A stretch of 59,218 bases of DNA from an uncultured Clostridia bacterium (GCA_946410595.1 CAMKAU010000004.1:1-59218); one strand, 5' to 3'; positions 36,493 to 46,152 are shown, counted from the first letter of the stretch. Translations and numbers: made by a program. The notes: a model not told the origin generated them from the letters alone.

Positions 36493-37629
36493 TCAGAGCG
36501 GCTCAAGCAGGATCCGGCCGCCCTCGCACCGGACGCCCGCTTTACCGAAGCAGATCCGCTCCTTCTGCCCGGTCGTCACGCTGAAAAGAAGCTCCCCTGC
36601 GTGGAACCGGAAGGTCGGATACTGGAAGGTCGCCGGAGAACGGAAGGTGAAAAGGGTGCGCCAGGATCTCCCGTCGGCGGAAAAGGCGAGGTGGTAAACG
36701 GTGCGCGAGCCCTCGTTCCAGCCCATAAAGCAGTACCCGCCGGCGGTAAAGAGGACCGGCTTGGAGTTGACGCCGCCGCAGAGGAACGGCTCGGAAACGG
36801 GATCGCTCCAGAGCCGGCCGTCCCGGCTGTAGGAAAAGCGGTAGTTTTTGTCCCCGATCTCGTTGCGCAGGATCGCCATCCAGCGGCCGTCCGGCAGGCG
36901 GGCGATCCCGCTCTCGGTCGTTTTTTCGGTCGGGGTAACGCCGCCGATATGCCCGACGATCTCCACGCAGTCGCAGGACCGGTTGAAGCGGGCGAGAGAG
37001 TTCTGCCCGGCGACAAAGTTGTTTAGCGCGAGATACCGCGTCCCCGCCTCTTCAAAGAGATCGAGAAGGTATACGCCGAACCAGCGGTCCTCGCAGGCAT
37101 GGCCGGCGGCGCGGAAGAGCGCCCGGTAGTTTGCCGCATCGAGCGGGCCCTCTCCCTCCGGCGTGCGGAGGCGCAGAAGCGAGAGCCGGTCGGAAAAACG
37201 GCCGGTGGGAAGATCGTAATCCAGATAGTAATGGTACGCGCTTTCTTCTTCCGGGATCACGTTGGTAAAGAAGAACCGGAGCGTATCCCTCTCAAGCCGG
37301 AGCACGCGCGGCAGAAAGGCGTTGCCCTTGCAGAGCGTCCTGCCGGCAAAGGTCTGTCCCCTGCGGGCAAACGGACCGCAGCATTCCAGAGAAAAGGAAG
37401 CGAGATCGACGACGGAGAGCGCGGCGTACTCGTTTTCGTTCAAGGCGGACTCGCCCGCTTTGAAGTTGTCCGCCTCGTAGACGATATACGCTTTGCCTTC
37501 TGCTGTGATGAACTGCGCGTCGTGCGCGCCCTTCACCTCCGGGGCGGTCACGGGGATCATCCGCTCCATCGCCCTCTCCCCGGCCGCCTCCGGCGACCAG
37601 GAGGCGGGCAGGTCTTCCAAAAAGATCAT
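36493..37629 (-). CDS. Asp-box (BNR) beta-propeller protein, sialidase-fold-like, no signal peptide
   Basis: SYSRDGRLWS and FSADGRSW Asp-boxes; TESGIARLPDGRWMAILR and QYPT motifs. Confidence 0.75.
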   Translation of the reverse strand: MIFLEDLPASWSPEAAGERAMERMIPVTAPEVKGAHDAQFITAEGKAYIVYEADNFKAGESALNENEYAALSVVDLASFSLECCGPFARRGQTFAGRTLCKGNAFLPRVLRLERDTLRFFFTNVIPEEESAYHYYLDYDLPTGRFSDRLSLLRLRTPEGEGPLDAANYRALFRAAGHACEDRWFGVYLLDLFEEAGTRYLALNNFVAGQNSLARFNRSCDCVEIVGHIGGVTPTEKTTESGIARLPDGRWMAILRNEIGDKNYRFSYSRDGRLWSDPVSEPFLCGGVNSKPVLFTAGGYCFMGWNEGSRTVYHLAFSADGRSWRTLFTFRSPATFQYPTFRFHAGELLFSVTTGQKERICFGKAGVRCEGGRILLEPL

Positions 37630-37645
37630 AACGTCCTCCGCGTCT

Positions 37646-38578
37646 TCAACTGAGAAATCCCTCGATGATCGTGGCCTCCGCCTCCTCCTCGGTCAGCCCG
37701 AGGGTGCGGAGCTTCATGATCTGTTCGCCCGCGATCTTGCCGATCGCCGCCTCGTGGATGAGGGCGGCGTCCTCGCTGTTCGCGTGCAGCTCCGGCTGCG
37801 CGTTGACGGTGGCGGAGCCGGAGATGATCGCGTCGCACTCGCTGTGGCCGGTGCAGGCGGTGTTGCCGATGATCACGGAATGGTATTCCTGATGGGAGGC
37901 GTCCTTTGCCACCGAGCGGGAAACGAGATCCACGCCGGAGCCCTCCCCGTTCAGCTCGACGGAGAACTCGGTCTGCGCCGTTTGATCCCTTTCCGTGAGG
38001 ATGCGCTCACGGATGAAAAGCTTTGCGCCCTTGCCGAGCGTTGCCTTCGTCTGCCGGAGGGTACGGTCCACGCCGCCGATCTGGGCGGTATCCATCTCGA
38101 GGACCGCGTCCTCGCCGAGCTCCGCCTCGGTCACGGGGTCGATCGAGCGGAGCCCGATCCCCTTACCGGTGCCGATATGCTTTTCAAGGTATTTGACCCG
38201 CGCGCCCTTTCCGAGAAGGAAGCGGTGGATCCCGTTATGACGGGCGGGCTCGCCCGTTTCGGTATGGACGCCGCAGCCCGCGACGATCACGACGTCCGCG
38301 CCCTCGCCGACGAAAAAGTCGTTGTAGACGAGGTCGTCGACGTCCCCGTGCGTCACGCAGGCGGGAATGGAAACGGTCTCCCCCGCGGTGTGGGGGTCGA
38401 TCCGGATCTCAAGGCCCGGTTTGTCGGTCTTTGAGGTGATCTTGATATGCTCGCTTGAGCGCCGGCCGGCGCAGGCGCCGTTCTCCCGGATATTGTAGGC
38501 GCCCTTGAACTCTCCGCTGAAATCCGAGATCTCGGAAAGCAGTTTTTTCGTCGTTTCGTTGATCCTGATTTCGCTCAT
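37646..38578 (-). CDS. SufB/SufD-family Fe-S scaffold (SmsB-like, short type)
   Basis: GAYNIRENG, DLVYNDF, AGCG, VSRSVA, GHSECDAI, LIHEAAIGKIAGEQIMKL..LGL. Start at ATG 38578. Confidence 0.92.
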   Translation of the reverse strand: MSEIRINETTKKLLSEISDFSGEFKGAYNIRENGACAGRRSSEHIKITSKTDKPGLEIRIDPHTAGETVSIPACVTHGDVDDLVYNDFFVGEGADVVIVAGCGVHTETGEPARHNGIHRFLLGKGARVKYLEKHIGTGKGIGLRSIDPVTEAELGEDAVLEMDTAQIGGVDRTLRQTKATLGKGAKLFIRERILTERDQTAQTEFSVELNGEGSGVDLVSRSVAKDASHQEYHSVIIGNTACTGHSECDAIISGSATVNAQPELHANSEDAALIHEAAIGKIAGEQIMKLRTLGLTEEEAEATIIEGFLS

Positions 38579-39303
38579 CGGAACATTTCCTCCTGTTTGA
38601 CGCAGCCGGCGACGACGTCCGTGCCCGAGAGCAGCGTGCCGAGCGTCCGTTCGGCGGGCCCTCTTTCCCTCAGTTTGCCGTCCGCGATCACGATGATCTC
38701 GTCGGCGATGCGCAGGATCCGCTCCTGATGCGAGATCACGACCATCGAGCCGCAAAGATCCCGGCGCAGATCCTCGAAAACGCGGATCAGGTTGGTAAAG
38801 CTCCAGAGATCGATCCCCGCCTCCGGCTCGTCAAAGACGGTGATGCGGGTCCCGCGCGCGAGGACCGAGGCGATCTCGATCCGCTTGATCTCGCCCCCCG
38901 AAAGGGTGGCGTTGACCTCGCGGTCCAGATACTCTCTCGCGCAGAGTCCCACCTTGGCGAGATAGTCGCAGAGCTTGCCCTCGGAGACCTTGCCGCCGGC
39001 GGAGATCTCGAGCAGCCGGCGCACGGTGATCCCCTTGAAGCGGACCGGCTGCTGGAAGCCGAAACTGACGCCGGCTTTGGCGCGTTCGGTCGCGTCAAGG
39101 GCGGTGATGTCCTCCCCGTCGAGGAAGATCCTGCCGGAAAGGGGCGTGACCAGCCCCGCTATGATTTTGGCCGCCGTGGTCTTGCCGCCGCCGTTGGGGC
39201 CGGTGATGACCGCGAGCTTCCCGTCCGGTACCTCAAAGGAGAGATCGTCGAGGATCCTCCTGCCGTCCGGCGCGTCCCAGACGATGTGTTCAAGTTTCAG
39301 CAT
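38575..39303 (-). CDS. SufC-like ABC ATPase (SmsC-like)
   Basis: GPNGGGKT, FQQP, LSGGEIKRIE, DEPEAGID, C-terminal Cys. ATGA-coupled to the SufB-like gene. Confidence 0.9.
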   Translation of the reverse strand: MLKLEHIVWDAPDGRRILDDLSFEVPDGKLAVITGPNGGGKTTAAKIIAGLVTPLSGRIFLDGEDITALDATERAKAGVSFGFQQPVRFKGITVRRLLEISAGGKVSEGKLCDYLAKVGLCAREYLDREVNATLSGGEIKRIEIASVLARGTRITVFDEPEAGIDLWSFTNLIRVFEDLRRDLCGSMVVISHQERILRIADEIIVIADGKLRERGPAERTLGTLLSGTDVVAGCVKQEEMFR

Positions 39304-39357
39304 ATAACGTCCTTATCTTTTCCGCGCGGACCGCGCCGCGCTCTCTTTCTTCTGATC

Positions 39358-39386
39358 ATTGTATCATATCCGAAGAAAATATGCAA
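39358..39386 (-). promoter_or_regulatory. sigmaA promoter of the sufC/sufB-like operon
   Basis: TTGCAT-N17-TACAAT with TG extension. Confidence 0.7.
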
Positions 39387-39418
39387 GCCCGAAAAAAGAG
39401 GAGCTCCGCTCCCCTTTT

Positions 39419-40018
39419 TTATTCCGTTTTTCCGGCGGCGAGCGCGCCGAGGTCGATCACCCGGCCGCCGAGGGCCCTCGCCTCCTCCGGGTCGTGGGTG
39501 ATGAAGATCACGGTCTTTCCCGCGGTCATCTCCAGCGTACAGCGGACCGCTTCTTCCCTGCTCTCCCCGTCCAGCCCCTTGAAGGGCTCGTCGAGAAAGT
39601 AAACGTCCGCGTCGTACGCGAGGGCGCGGGCGAGGGCGACGCGGCGCTTCATCCCGCCGCTGAACGCCCGCACCGGGCGGGTAAGCTCCTCCCCCAGCCC
39701 GAGACGGACAAGAACCTCTTTTGCCTTTTCCCGGTCCCGGCCGGGCAGGACGAAGCGGACGTTGGAGAGGGCGGAAAAGTCCTCCGCGAGCCGATCCTCC
39801 TGGAAGACGAACGCCTTTTTCTCCGGCACGCCGGCCACCTCTCCCCCGTCCGGCGGGATCAAGCCCGCGAGAAGGAACGCAAGCGTCGTTTTCCCGCAGC
39901 CGGAAGGGCCCATCAGGCAGGTCACGGAGCCGAGCGGGAGGGTAAGGGAAAGCGAGGAAAACACCGTTTTCTCCCCGTAGGACTTGGAGAGCGAACGGAT
40001 CTCGATCACGTCGTTCAT
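39419..40018 (-). CDS. NitT/TauT-family ABC ATP-binding protein
   Basis: GPSGCGKT, VFQEDRL, FSGGMKRR, LDEPF, ITHD. Confidence 0.92.
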   Translation of the reverse strand: MNDVIEIRSLSKSYGEKTVFSSLSLTLPLGSVTCLMGPSGCGKTTLAFLLAGLIPPDGGEVAGVPEKKAFVFQEDRLAEDFSALSNVRFVLPGRDREKAKEVLVRLGLGEELTRPVRAFSGGMKRRVALARALAYDADVYFLDEPFKGLDGESREEAVRCTLEMTAGKTVIFITHDPEEARALGGRVIDLGALAAGKTE

Positions 40019-40830
40019 AGCTTCTCCGATCCGGCGAACAGTTTTTTCAGAAGAAAGAGAAACGCCTTTTCAAAGAGGACGCTCGCCAGCACGAGGACGA
40101 CCGTCCACGCAAAGAGATCGCAGGTATCGAGGTAGATCTTCGCGTAGTAGAGCTTTTCCCCGATCGAGCCGTCCACCATCCCGATCACCTCCGCGGCGAC
40201 CCCCGCCTTCCAGGACATTCCGAGCGCCACGCTGCAGGCGGAGAGAAGGTAGGGCTTGATCGCGGGGAGGTGGAGCATATGAAGCCGCCTGACATAGGGG
40301 ACGCGGTAGAGCTTTGCCATCTCCAAAAGCTTCGGATCTGTGCTTTTCAGCCCCTGCAGAACGTTCTGATAGAGGATGGGAAAGACCATCAGAAAGGAGA
40401 TGAAAGCCGCCAGCCTGCCGGTGGTGAGCCAGATCAGCCCGATGATGATGAAGGAGGCGACGGGGACCGCGCGGATCGTAACGACGTACGGCCGCAGCAG
40501 CACCTCCGCGGCGGGAAAGCGGTAGGAAAGCAGAGCGAGCAGGCCGGAGAGAACGAACGCCGCGAAAAAGCCGAGCACGATGCGCGAAAAGCTGGAAAAG
40601 ACCGTGGAAAAAAAGTCCGCCTCCCGCCAAAGCGAAAAAAGGCGGACGACGACCCGGACGGGAGAGACGAGCAGAACGTCCAGATCCGTCACCGTCGCCG
40701 CGATCTGCCAGAAAAGGATCGCCGCCGCGACGGCGGCGATCCTCTGCCAGGGTTTGTTATTTTGCGAGATAGTAGTCGTCGGCCGGGAGTTTTCCGCCGA
40801 CGGAGGCGGGATTTTGTTCGTAGAGTACAT
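40015..40830 (-). CDS. NitT/TauT-family ABC permease
   Basis: PVASFII, FPILYQN, LLEMA, WKAGVAAE, IGEKL. Confidence 0.9.
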   Translation of the reverse strand: MYSTNKIPPPSAENSRPTTTISQNNKPWQRIAAVAAAILFWQIAATVTDLDVLLVSPVRVVVRLFSLWREADFFSTVFSSFSRIVLGFFAAFVLSGLLALLSYRFPAAEVLLRPYVVTIRAVPVASFIIIGLIWLTTGRLAAFISFLMVFPILYQNVLQGLKSTDPKLLEMAKLYRVPYVRRLHMLHLPAIKPYLLSACSVALGMSWKAGVAAEVIGMVDGSIGEKLYYAKIYLDTCDLFAWTVVLVLASVLFEKAFLFLLKKLFAGSEKL

Positions 40831-41797
40831 TGAGATACCCCTTTATGACCGGCAGCATTTCGGCGCCGCTGATGCAGACGATATTGCAGTAGGGGATCGC
40901 CTTTTCCGCGACGGCGGCCTTCACGATGCCGTATTTTTCCACAAGGACGGCCGCGTCCTTCGCGTTTTCGTTTGCGTAAGCGACGGACGCCCGGTAATCC
41001 TCAAGGAAACGGGCGAGCGTTTCGGGATGCTCGTCGGCGAACGCGGCGCGCACAATGATCCCGGCGGTGACGAGACGGCTGCCGTTGTTCAGCTTGTCCC
41101 ACTCCGCGGTGAAATCGAACACGGTGCGCAGCCCCTCGACCTGCGAGCCCGCCACGGTGACGAACGGCTGCGGCAGCACCGCCACCACGTCTCCGCCCGC
41201 CTTCATCGCCGCGACGATCTCGGTCGGCTCGCTCTTCCACTCGATTGTCAGATCCTTTTCGGGATCCAGACCGTTTTGCGAGAGCAGATACTTGAAGGCG
41301 TATTCCGGCGTCGTCCCTTTCCCGGTGGAGTAGACGGTCTTGCCCTTCAGGTCGCTCCAGGTCTTCACGCTCTCGCCGCCGCTCTCGGTCAGGTAGAGCA
41401 CGCCGAGGGTGGAAACGGCGAGGAAGCGGACGCCGCCTTCCGTTTTGTTATAGAGGACGGAGCCGAGGTTGGAGGGCACGACGAGGATATCCATCTCCCC
41501 CTTGAGCAGCAGGGGGGTCAGTTCGTCGGCCGCCGCCGCCATCTGAAAGGCGTAGTCGTTTTGCGTCTTCTTTTCTTCGGCGTCGTCGAGCAGTTTGACA
41601 AGCCCGATCGAGGTCGCCCCTTTCAGAGCGCCGAGACGGACGGTAACCTTCTCCTCCGCCGGGGCGGTCTCCGCGCCCGCGGGAGCGGCGGTCGTTTCCT
41701 CCGTCGTCGGAGCAGTCTCCGGCGTCTTTCCCGCGCAGGCGGCGAAAAGCGGCAGGAGCATCAGCGCCGCGAGCAGAATAACTGTGATTTTTTTCAT
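40757..41797 (-). CDS. NitT/TauT-family substrate-binding lipoprotein
   Basis: Lipobox FAAC, LKGATSIG, DLKGKTV, GTTPE, LPQPF, GGKLPADDYY. Confidence 0.9.
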   Translation of the reverse strand: MKKITVILLAALMLLPLFAACAGKTPETAPTTEETTAAPAGAETAPAEEKVTVRLGALKGATSIGLVKLLDDAEEKKTQNDYAFQMAAAADELTPLLLKGEMDILVVPSNLGSVLYNKTEGGVRFLAVSTLGVLYLTESGGESVKTWSDLKGKTVYSTGKGTTPEYAFKYLLSQNGLDPEKDLTIEWKSEPTEIVAAMKAGGDVVAVLPQPFVTVAGSQVEGLRTVFDFTAEWDKLNNGSRLVTAGIIVRAAFADEHPETLARFLEDYRASVAYANENAKDAAVLVEKYGIVKAAVAEKAIPYCNIVCISGAEMLPVIKGYLNVLYEQNPASVGGKLPADDYYLAK

Positions 41798-41832
41798 GAT
41801 CGTTTTCCTTTCGGTTTCGTTTTTCCCTTTTT

Positions 41833-41874
41833 ATTATACGCAAAACCGCGGAAATGCGCGTTGCATTTGCAACG
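41833..41874 (-). promoter_or_regulatory. Activator-dependent promoter with palindromic Crp/Fnr-type site
   Basis: TATAAT at 41833-41838, no consensus -35, palindrome CGTTGCA-tt-TGCAACG at 41859-41874. Confidence 0.7.
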
Positions 41875-41876
41875 GA

Positions 41877-42551
41877 TTATCGGAGAAGCCGGAAGCTGTT
41901 GCGGTAATAGTCGATCAGCCCTTCCCGTTTCATACGGGAGAGCTCCCTCGAGAGGGCGCTGCGGTCCGCGCCGAGGTAAGCGGCCATATCCGCGCGGTCG
42001 AGCGGGATCGAAAAGGTGTCGCTCCCGTTTTTCTTCGCCTGGTACGAGAAAAACGCGATCAGTTTGCCCCGCAGCGTGAGGCGGGAGAGGATCTGGATCC
42101 GGTCGTTCATCCGGAGGGTACGGGCGGCGAGCATCGCCGTAAAGCGACGGGAAAACTCCGCCTCCTGCGGGTCGGCGCCGGCGCGGGACAGGGACTCCGG
42201 GGAAAGGCGCAGCACGGCGCAGTCCTCCGCGGCGGTGATATAGACGGGCGCTTCCCGTACGCCGAGAAAGCAGAGCGACTCGCCGAAGGTCTCGCCCGGC
42301 GAAACGGTCGCCATAATCATCCGGTTGCCGTCCCGGTCGTCGCTGGCGACCTGCACGGCCCCCTCCAGCACCAGACCGAAGCAGGTAAGCGGCTCCCCCG
42401 CGCGGTGGAGAAACTCCCCCCGGCGGAAAAGGACCTTCCGCGCGCCAAAAAAGGAGAGAGCGCGGGTCAGCGCTTCCTCTCCGAGCCCGGAAAGCAGCGG
42501 GCAGGAGGAGAGGACCGCGCGGTAAGGGGCGAGCGTTTGCGCCGTTTCCAT
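41877..42551 (-). CDS. Crp/Fnr family transcriptional regulator
   Basis: Cyclic-nucleotide-binding-like domain (GETFGES) and HTH RADMAAYLGADRSALSRELSRMKREGLI. Confidence 0.93.
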   Translation of the reverse strand: METAQTLAPYRAVLSSCPLLSGLGEEALTRALSFFGARKVLFRRGEFLHRAGEPLTCFGLVLEGAVQVASDDRDGNRMIMATVSPGETFGESLCFLGVREAPVYITAAEDCAVLRLSPESLSRAGADPQEAEFSRRFTAMLAARTLRMNDRIQILSRLTLRGKLIAFFSYQAKKNGSDTFSIPLDRADMAAYLGADRSALSRELSRMKREGLIDYYRNSFRLLR

Positions 42552-42582
42552 GCCGTTTCTCCTTTTTCCTTTTATTTGCTTT

Positions 42583-42645
42583 ATTATAAACGGAAGGCGG
42601 GGAGTCTGTCAAGACACTTGACTTTTTCCCGCGCGATGGTAAAAT
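42583..42645. promoter_or_regulatory. Back-to-back divergent sigmaA promoters (crp and pepT)
   Basis: Minus: TTGACA-N18-TATAAT (42612-42583). Plus: TTGACT-N16-TAAAAT with TG (42618-42645). Confidence 0.65.
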
Positions 42646-42678
42646 AAAAGCAGAAAAAAACGATAAGGATGGCATACG

Positions 42679-43902
42679 ATGCGAGCATACGAACGATTTC
42701 TCCGCTACGCAAGCTACGGAACGCAAAGCTCGGAGACCTCCGGCGCGCACCCCAGCACCCCCTCCCAGCTTCTGCTTGCGGACGAGCTGGTCCGCGAGCT
42801 GCGCGAAATGGGCGTTTTTGCCGAGCGGGACGAATACTCTTACGTCTACGCAAAGATCCCGGCCACGCCCGGTCTGGAAGAAAGAACGGCCGTCGGCTTT
42901 ATCGCCCACCTCGATACCTCGCCGGACGCGCCGGGCGACGGCGTGAAGCCGCAGCTCCACAAAAACTACGACGGCGGGGACCTCCCCCTCGGGGAGAGCG
43001 GCCTTGTCCTGCGGGTCGCGGATTTCCCACACCTCCCCTCCCTCAAGGGGCGGACGCTCATCACGACCGACGGCACCACTCTGCTCGGCGCCGACGATAA
43101 GGCGGGCGTCGCCGAGATCATGACCCTTGCGGAAAAACTGACCTCCGGCCGGCTCCCGCACGGACCCGTTTCCCTCGCTTTTACCCCGGACGAGGAGATC
43201 GGCGAGGGGGCGGACCGCTTCGACGTTGCCCGCTTCGGCGCCCGGTACGCCTACACGGTGGACGGGGACCGGGAAGGCGGCGTGGAGTACGAAACCTTCA
43301 ACGCTTCCGCCGCCGTCGTCAACGTGCGGGGGCTCTCCGTGCATCCCGGATCCGCCAAGGATACGATGATCAACGCCTCGCTCGCGGCGATGGAGTTCCA
43401 CGCCCTTTTGCCCGCCTGCGACGCGCCGCGCTACACGGAGGGGTACGAGGGATTTTACCATCTCACGGAGATGAAGGGGGACGTGAGCGAAGCGACCCTT
43501 TCCTATATCATCCGGGACCACGACGCCGTCCGCTTTGCGATGCGGGAGGACACGATGCGCCGCGCCGCCGCCCTGATCAACGAAAAATACGGACCGGGGA
43601 CCGTCTCCCTTTCGATCAAAGAACAGTACCGCAATATGGCGGAAAAGATCCTGCCGCACGAAAAGATCCTGGAGATCGCCCGCCGGGCGGCTCGGGCGGC
43701 CGGGGTCGAGCCCTTCACCGTTCCCGTCCGCGGCGGAACGGACGGCGCCCGCCTCAGCTATATGGGTCTCCCCTGCCCCAATCTCGGCACCGGCGGGTAC
43801 GCTTTCCACGGTCCTTTTGAGCATACCACGGTCGAGGGGATGGACCTCGCCGCGGCGATCCTCTCCCACGTCGTTCGGGCGTTTGCGGAAGAGAATGTTT
43901 GA
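42679..43902 (+). CDS. pepT: Peptidase T (M20B tripeptidase)
   Basis: FIAHLDTSPD, TLLGADDKAG, FTPDEEIG, YETFNA, VHPGSAK, RGGTDGA, FHG. Confidence 0.97.
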   Translation: MRAYERFLRYASYGTQSSETSGAHPSTPSQLLLADELVRELREMGVFAERDEYSYVYAKIPATPGLEERTAVGFIAHLDTSPDAPGDGVKPQLHKNYDGGDLPLGESGLVLRVADFPHLPSLKGRTLITTDGTTLLGADDKAGVAEIMTLAEKLTSGRLPHGPVSLAFTPDEEIGEGADRFDVARFGARYAYTVDGDREGGVEYETFNASAAVVNVRGLSVHPGSAKDTMINASLAAMEFHALLPACDAPRYTEGYEGFYHLTEMKGDVSEATLSYIIRDHDAVRFAMREDTMRRAAALINEKYGPGTVSLSIKEQYRNMAEKILPHEKILEIARRAARAAGVEPFTVPVRGGTDGARLSYMGLPCPNLGTGGYAFHGPFEHTTVEGMDLAAAILSHVVRAFAEENV

Positions 43903-43933
43903 TGTTTATCTAACAGAATACGATCATAAACGC

Positions 43934-43968
43934 GAAAAGATCCCCCGGAACGCTCCGGGGATCTTTTC
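43934..43968 (+). terminator. Rho-independent terminator after pepT
   Basis: GAAAAGATCCCCCGGA-acgc-TCCGGGGATCTTTTC. Confidence 0.8.
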
Positions 43969-44048
43969 CGTCCCTTGATACAAGCGCGTTTTTCAATATT
44001 AGAATATTATACAATATTCAAAAGACAGGGGGCGGAGAGAGCTCACTC

Positions 44049-44077
44049 TTGCTTTTTGGAACGGAGTATGATAGAAT
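44049..44077 (+). promoter_or_regulatory. sigmaA promoter of the GH43 pair
   Basis: TTGCTT-N17-TAGAAT with TG extension. Confidence 0.65.
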
Positions 44078-44118
44078 AAACTATCCAAATATAATAAAAC
44101 GCGAAAGGGAGATCCCCG

Positions 44119-46152
44119 ATGAAACACGCGAAAAAACTGTACGGTCTGCTGCTGGCGGGTGTCCTTCTTCTTTCCTCCTGCGCGCCGTCCGCGCCGCCGG
44201 CCGATACGGCGGAGCCGACCGGCGCGGAAACGGAGGCGGAGACGGAGCCGGAGGGGACGGTCCGCTTCACGGCGCCGGAAGACTCCTCCCTCGTTTTCTC
44301 CTCCGCGGATGCGGAGGCGGCGTCTAAAATAAAACCGCTTTACGGCTCCATCGCCTTCAAGAACGGAGAGTTCCGCGCCACGAAGCAGGGGGACTACTCC
44401 ACCCTGCTCTTTGATACCGACGCGCTCGGCGACTTCATCGCGGAGTGCGACTTTGTCGACCACCGGGCGGGCGGCGGGCTGATCGTCCGCGCGAACGGAG
44501 AAAAAGCGAGCGGCGCGAGCGCCAACTCTTTTTACGGGTATCTCGCCTTTATCGGCAAGGACGGCGGCCTCGGCGCCCTCGGCGCCGCCTCCGACGACGG
44601 CGGCTGGAAGGGCAATCTCTTTGTCTCGCCGGATAATATCACGAAGGTCGGGACGAGTTTGCATCTGCGGGTCCTCGCCGTTGCCGATTATCTCGTCTAT
44701 ACCGTCCGCGACAACGCGACGGGCGGGGAAATCTTCCGCTGCGAATACCGGCTGGGCGACAGCAAAAACGACGTCCTCTCCGCGACCTCCGGCCTTGTCG
44801 GTCTGCGGCTTTACAACGACGGCGGCGCCGGGTGCATCAAAAACGTGGAGATCCGGTCGCTGAAAACGGTCGCCGAGGCGCTCACCCTTCCGAAAGGATC
44901 CGCCTTTTCGGCGCGGATCGCCGTCGGCTCCTCCGAGCGGCTCACCGTCCTCTCGGAGAGCGGCGCGGGTTACGCGTTCCAGATCGATCCCGGGTCAGAC
45001 ACCGTGCTCGTCACGCGGGTGACCGGCTGGTCGAACAAATACGCGGCGCGCTATTCCCTGCCGATCGCGGAGGGGCGCGAGTATCCCGTCGGCGTCACGC
45101 TTGCGGACGGGGTCTGCCGCTTCTTCTTTGCCTATGAAGACTATCCCCTCTTTGAGGGAACGATGACCGACAAAACGGCGGCGGTCAGCGCGTCTTTCTC
45201 CTTTGACTCTCTCCTCGCCGACGCGCCCGCCGCGCCCGAAAAGACCTACAAAAACCCGGTCGTCTCCGGCGCGGATCCCGAGATCTTCTATGAAGACGGG
45301 GTTTACTATCTCTACACCTTCGGCGGCGGGAATGTTTCCGTCCAGACCTCGACCGATCTCTGCTCGTGGTCGGAGAAAACCGTCTGCCTCTCCCCGAAGC
45401 AGGACATCCCGACCCTCACGAGCTTTATGAGCCCGAACGTCTTCAAAAGCGGGGACACCTATTACCTCTTGATCGCCTCCAAGACCCAGGCGCAGCAAAA
45501 GGAGCGGATCCGCTACGCGACCGCCTCCTCCCCGGCGGGCCCCTTCAAAATGAAGGGAGAAAACGGCTTTGTCAACGACGCGCAGGAGATCGGCGGCGCG
45601 CCCTTTATCGACGAGGACGGAAAGATCTATCTGACCACCGTCCGCTTCGGCGGCGGCAACCACGTCTATCTCCAGGAAATCAAGGCGGAAAACGGCACGA
45701 TCACGCCGGTTACCTCCGCAAAGCTCGTGATCAACCCCGACCGGTACTACGAGATCGACGACTACGGCAAGATCGCCGAGGGCGCCGTGATCACGAAGCA
45801 CAACGGCCTTTACTATATGCTCTACGCCGCCGGCCACTACAAAGGGCACTACGGCGAAGCGTGCGCGGTCAGTGAGAATATCTACGGCCCCTACAAAAAG
45901 ATCGAGCACAACGAGGTCCTCTCCTTCACGTCCGCGGCGGACGGCGTCGGCGACTGCGTGTTCGTTTCCTCGCCGGACGGCAGCGAGCTGTTCGTCGCCT
46001 ATCACCGGCACACCTCGGTCGGCAACGAAGGGTCAAGCCGCAGCATCTGCCTCGACCGGGTCGTCTTTGTCCCGGATCCCGACGGCGGACCCGATCTTCT
46101 CCGCATCGTCGGACCCACCTCCACTCCGCAGAAGGCGCCGAGCGGCTCCTGA
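44119..46152 (+). CDS. Lipoprotein with N-terminal beta-sandwich region and C-terminal GH43-like five-bladed propeller (copy 1)
   Basis: Lipobox LSSC; YKNPV..GADP, SPAGPF, FIDEDGKIYL, AEGA..KHNGLYY, SPDG...YH. Confidence 0.85.
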   Translation: MKHAKKLYGLLLAGVLLLSSCAPSAPPADTAEPTGAETEAETEPEGTVRFTAPEDSSLVFSSADAEAASKIKPLYGSIAFKNGEFRATKQGDYSTLLFDTDALGDFIAECDFVDHRAGGGLIVRANGEKASGASANSFYGYLAFIGKDGGLGALGAASDDGGWKGNLFVSPDNITKVGTSLHLRVLAVADYLVYTVRDNATGGEIFRCEYRLGDSKNDVLSATSGLVGLRLYNDGGAGCIKNVEIRSLKTVAEALTLPKGSAFSARIAVGSSERLTVLSESGAGYAFQIDPGSDTVLVTRVTGWSNKYAARYSLPIAEGREYPVGVTLADGVCRFFFAYEDYPLFEGTMTDKTAAVSASFSFDSLLADAPAAPEKTYKNPVVSGADPEIFYEDGVYYLYTFGGGNVSVQTSTDLCSWSEKTVCLSPKQDIPTLTSFMSPNVFKSGDTYYLLIASKTQAQQKERIRYATASSPAGPFKMKGENGFVNDAQEIGGAPFIDEDGKIYLTTVRFGGGNHVYLQEIKAENGTITPVTSAKLVINPDRYYEIDDYGKIAEGAVITKHNGLYYMLYAAGHYKGHYGEACAVSENIYGPYKKIEHNEVLSFTSAADGVGDCVFVSSPDGSELFVAYHRHTSVGNEGSSRSICLDRVVFVPDPDGGPDLLRIVGPTSTPQKAPSGS

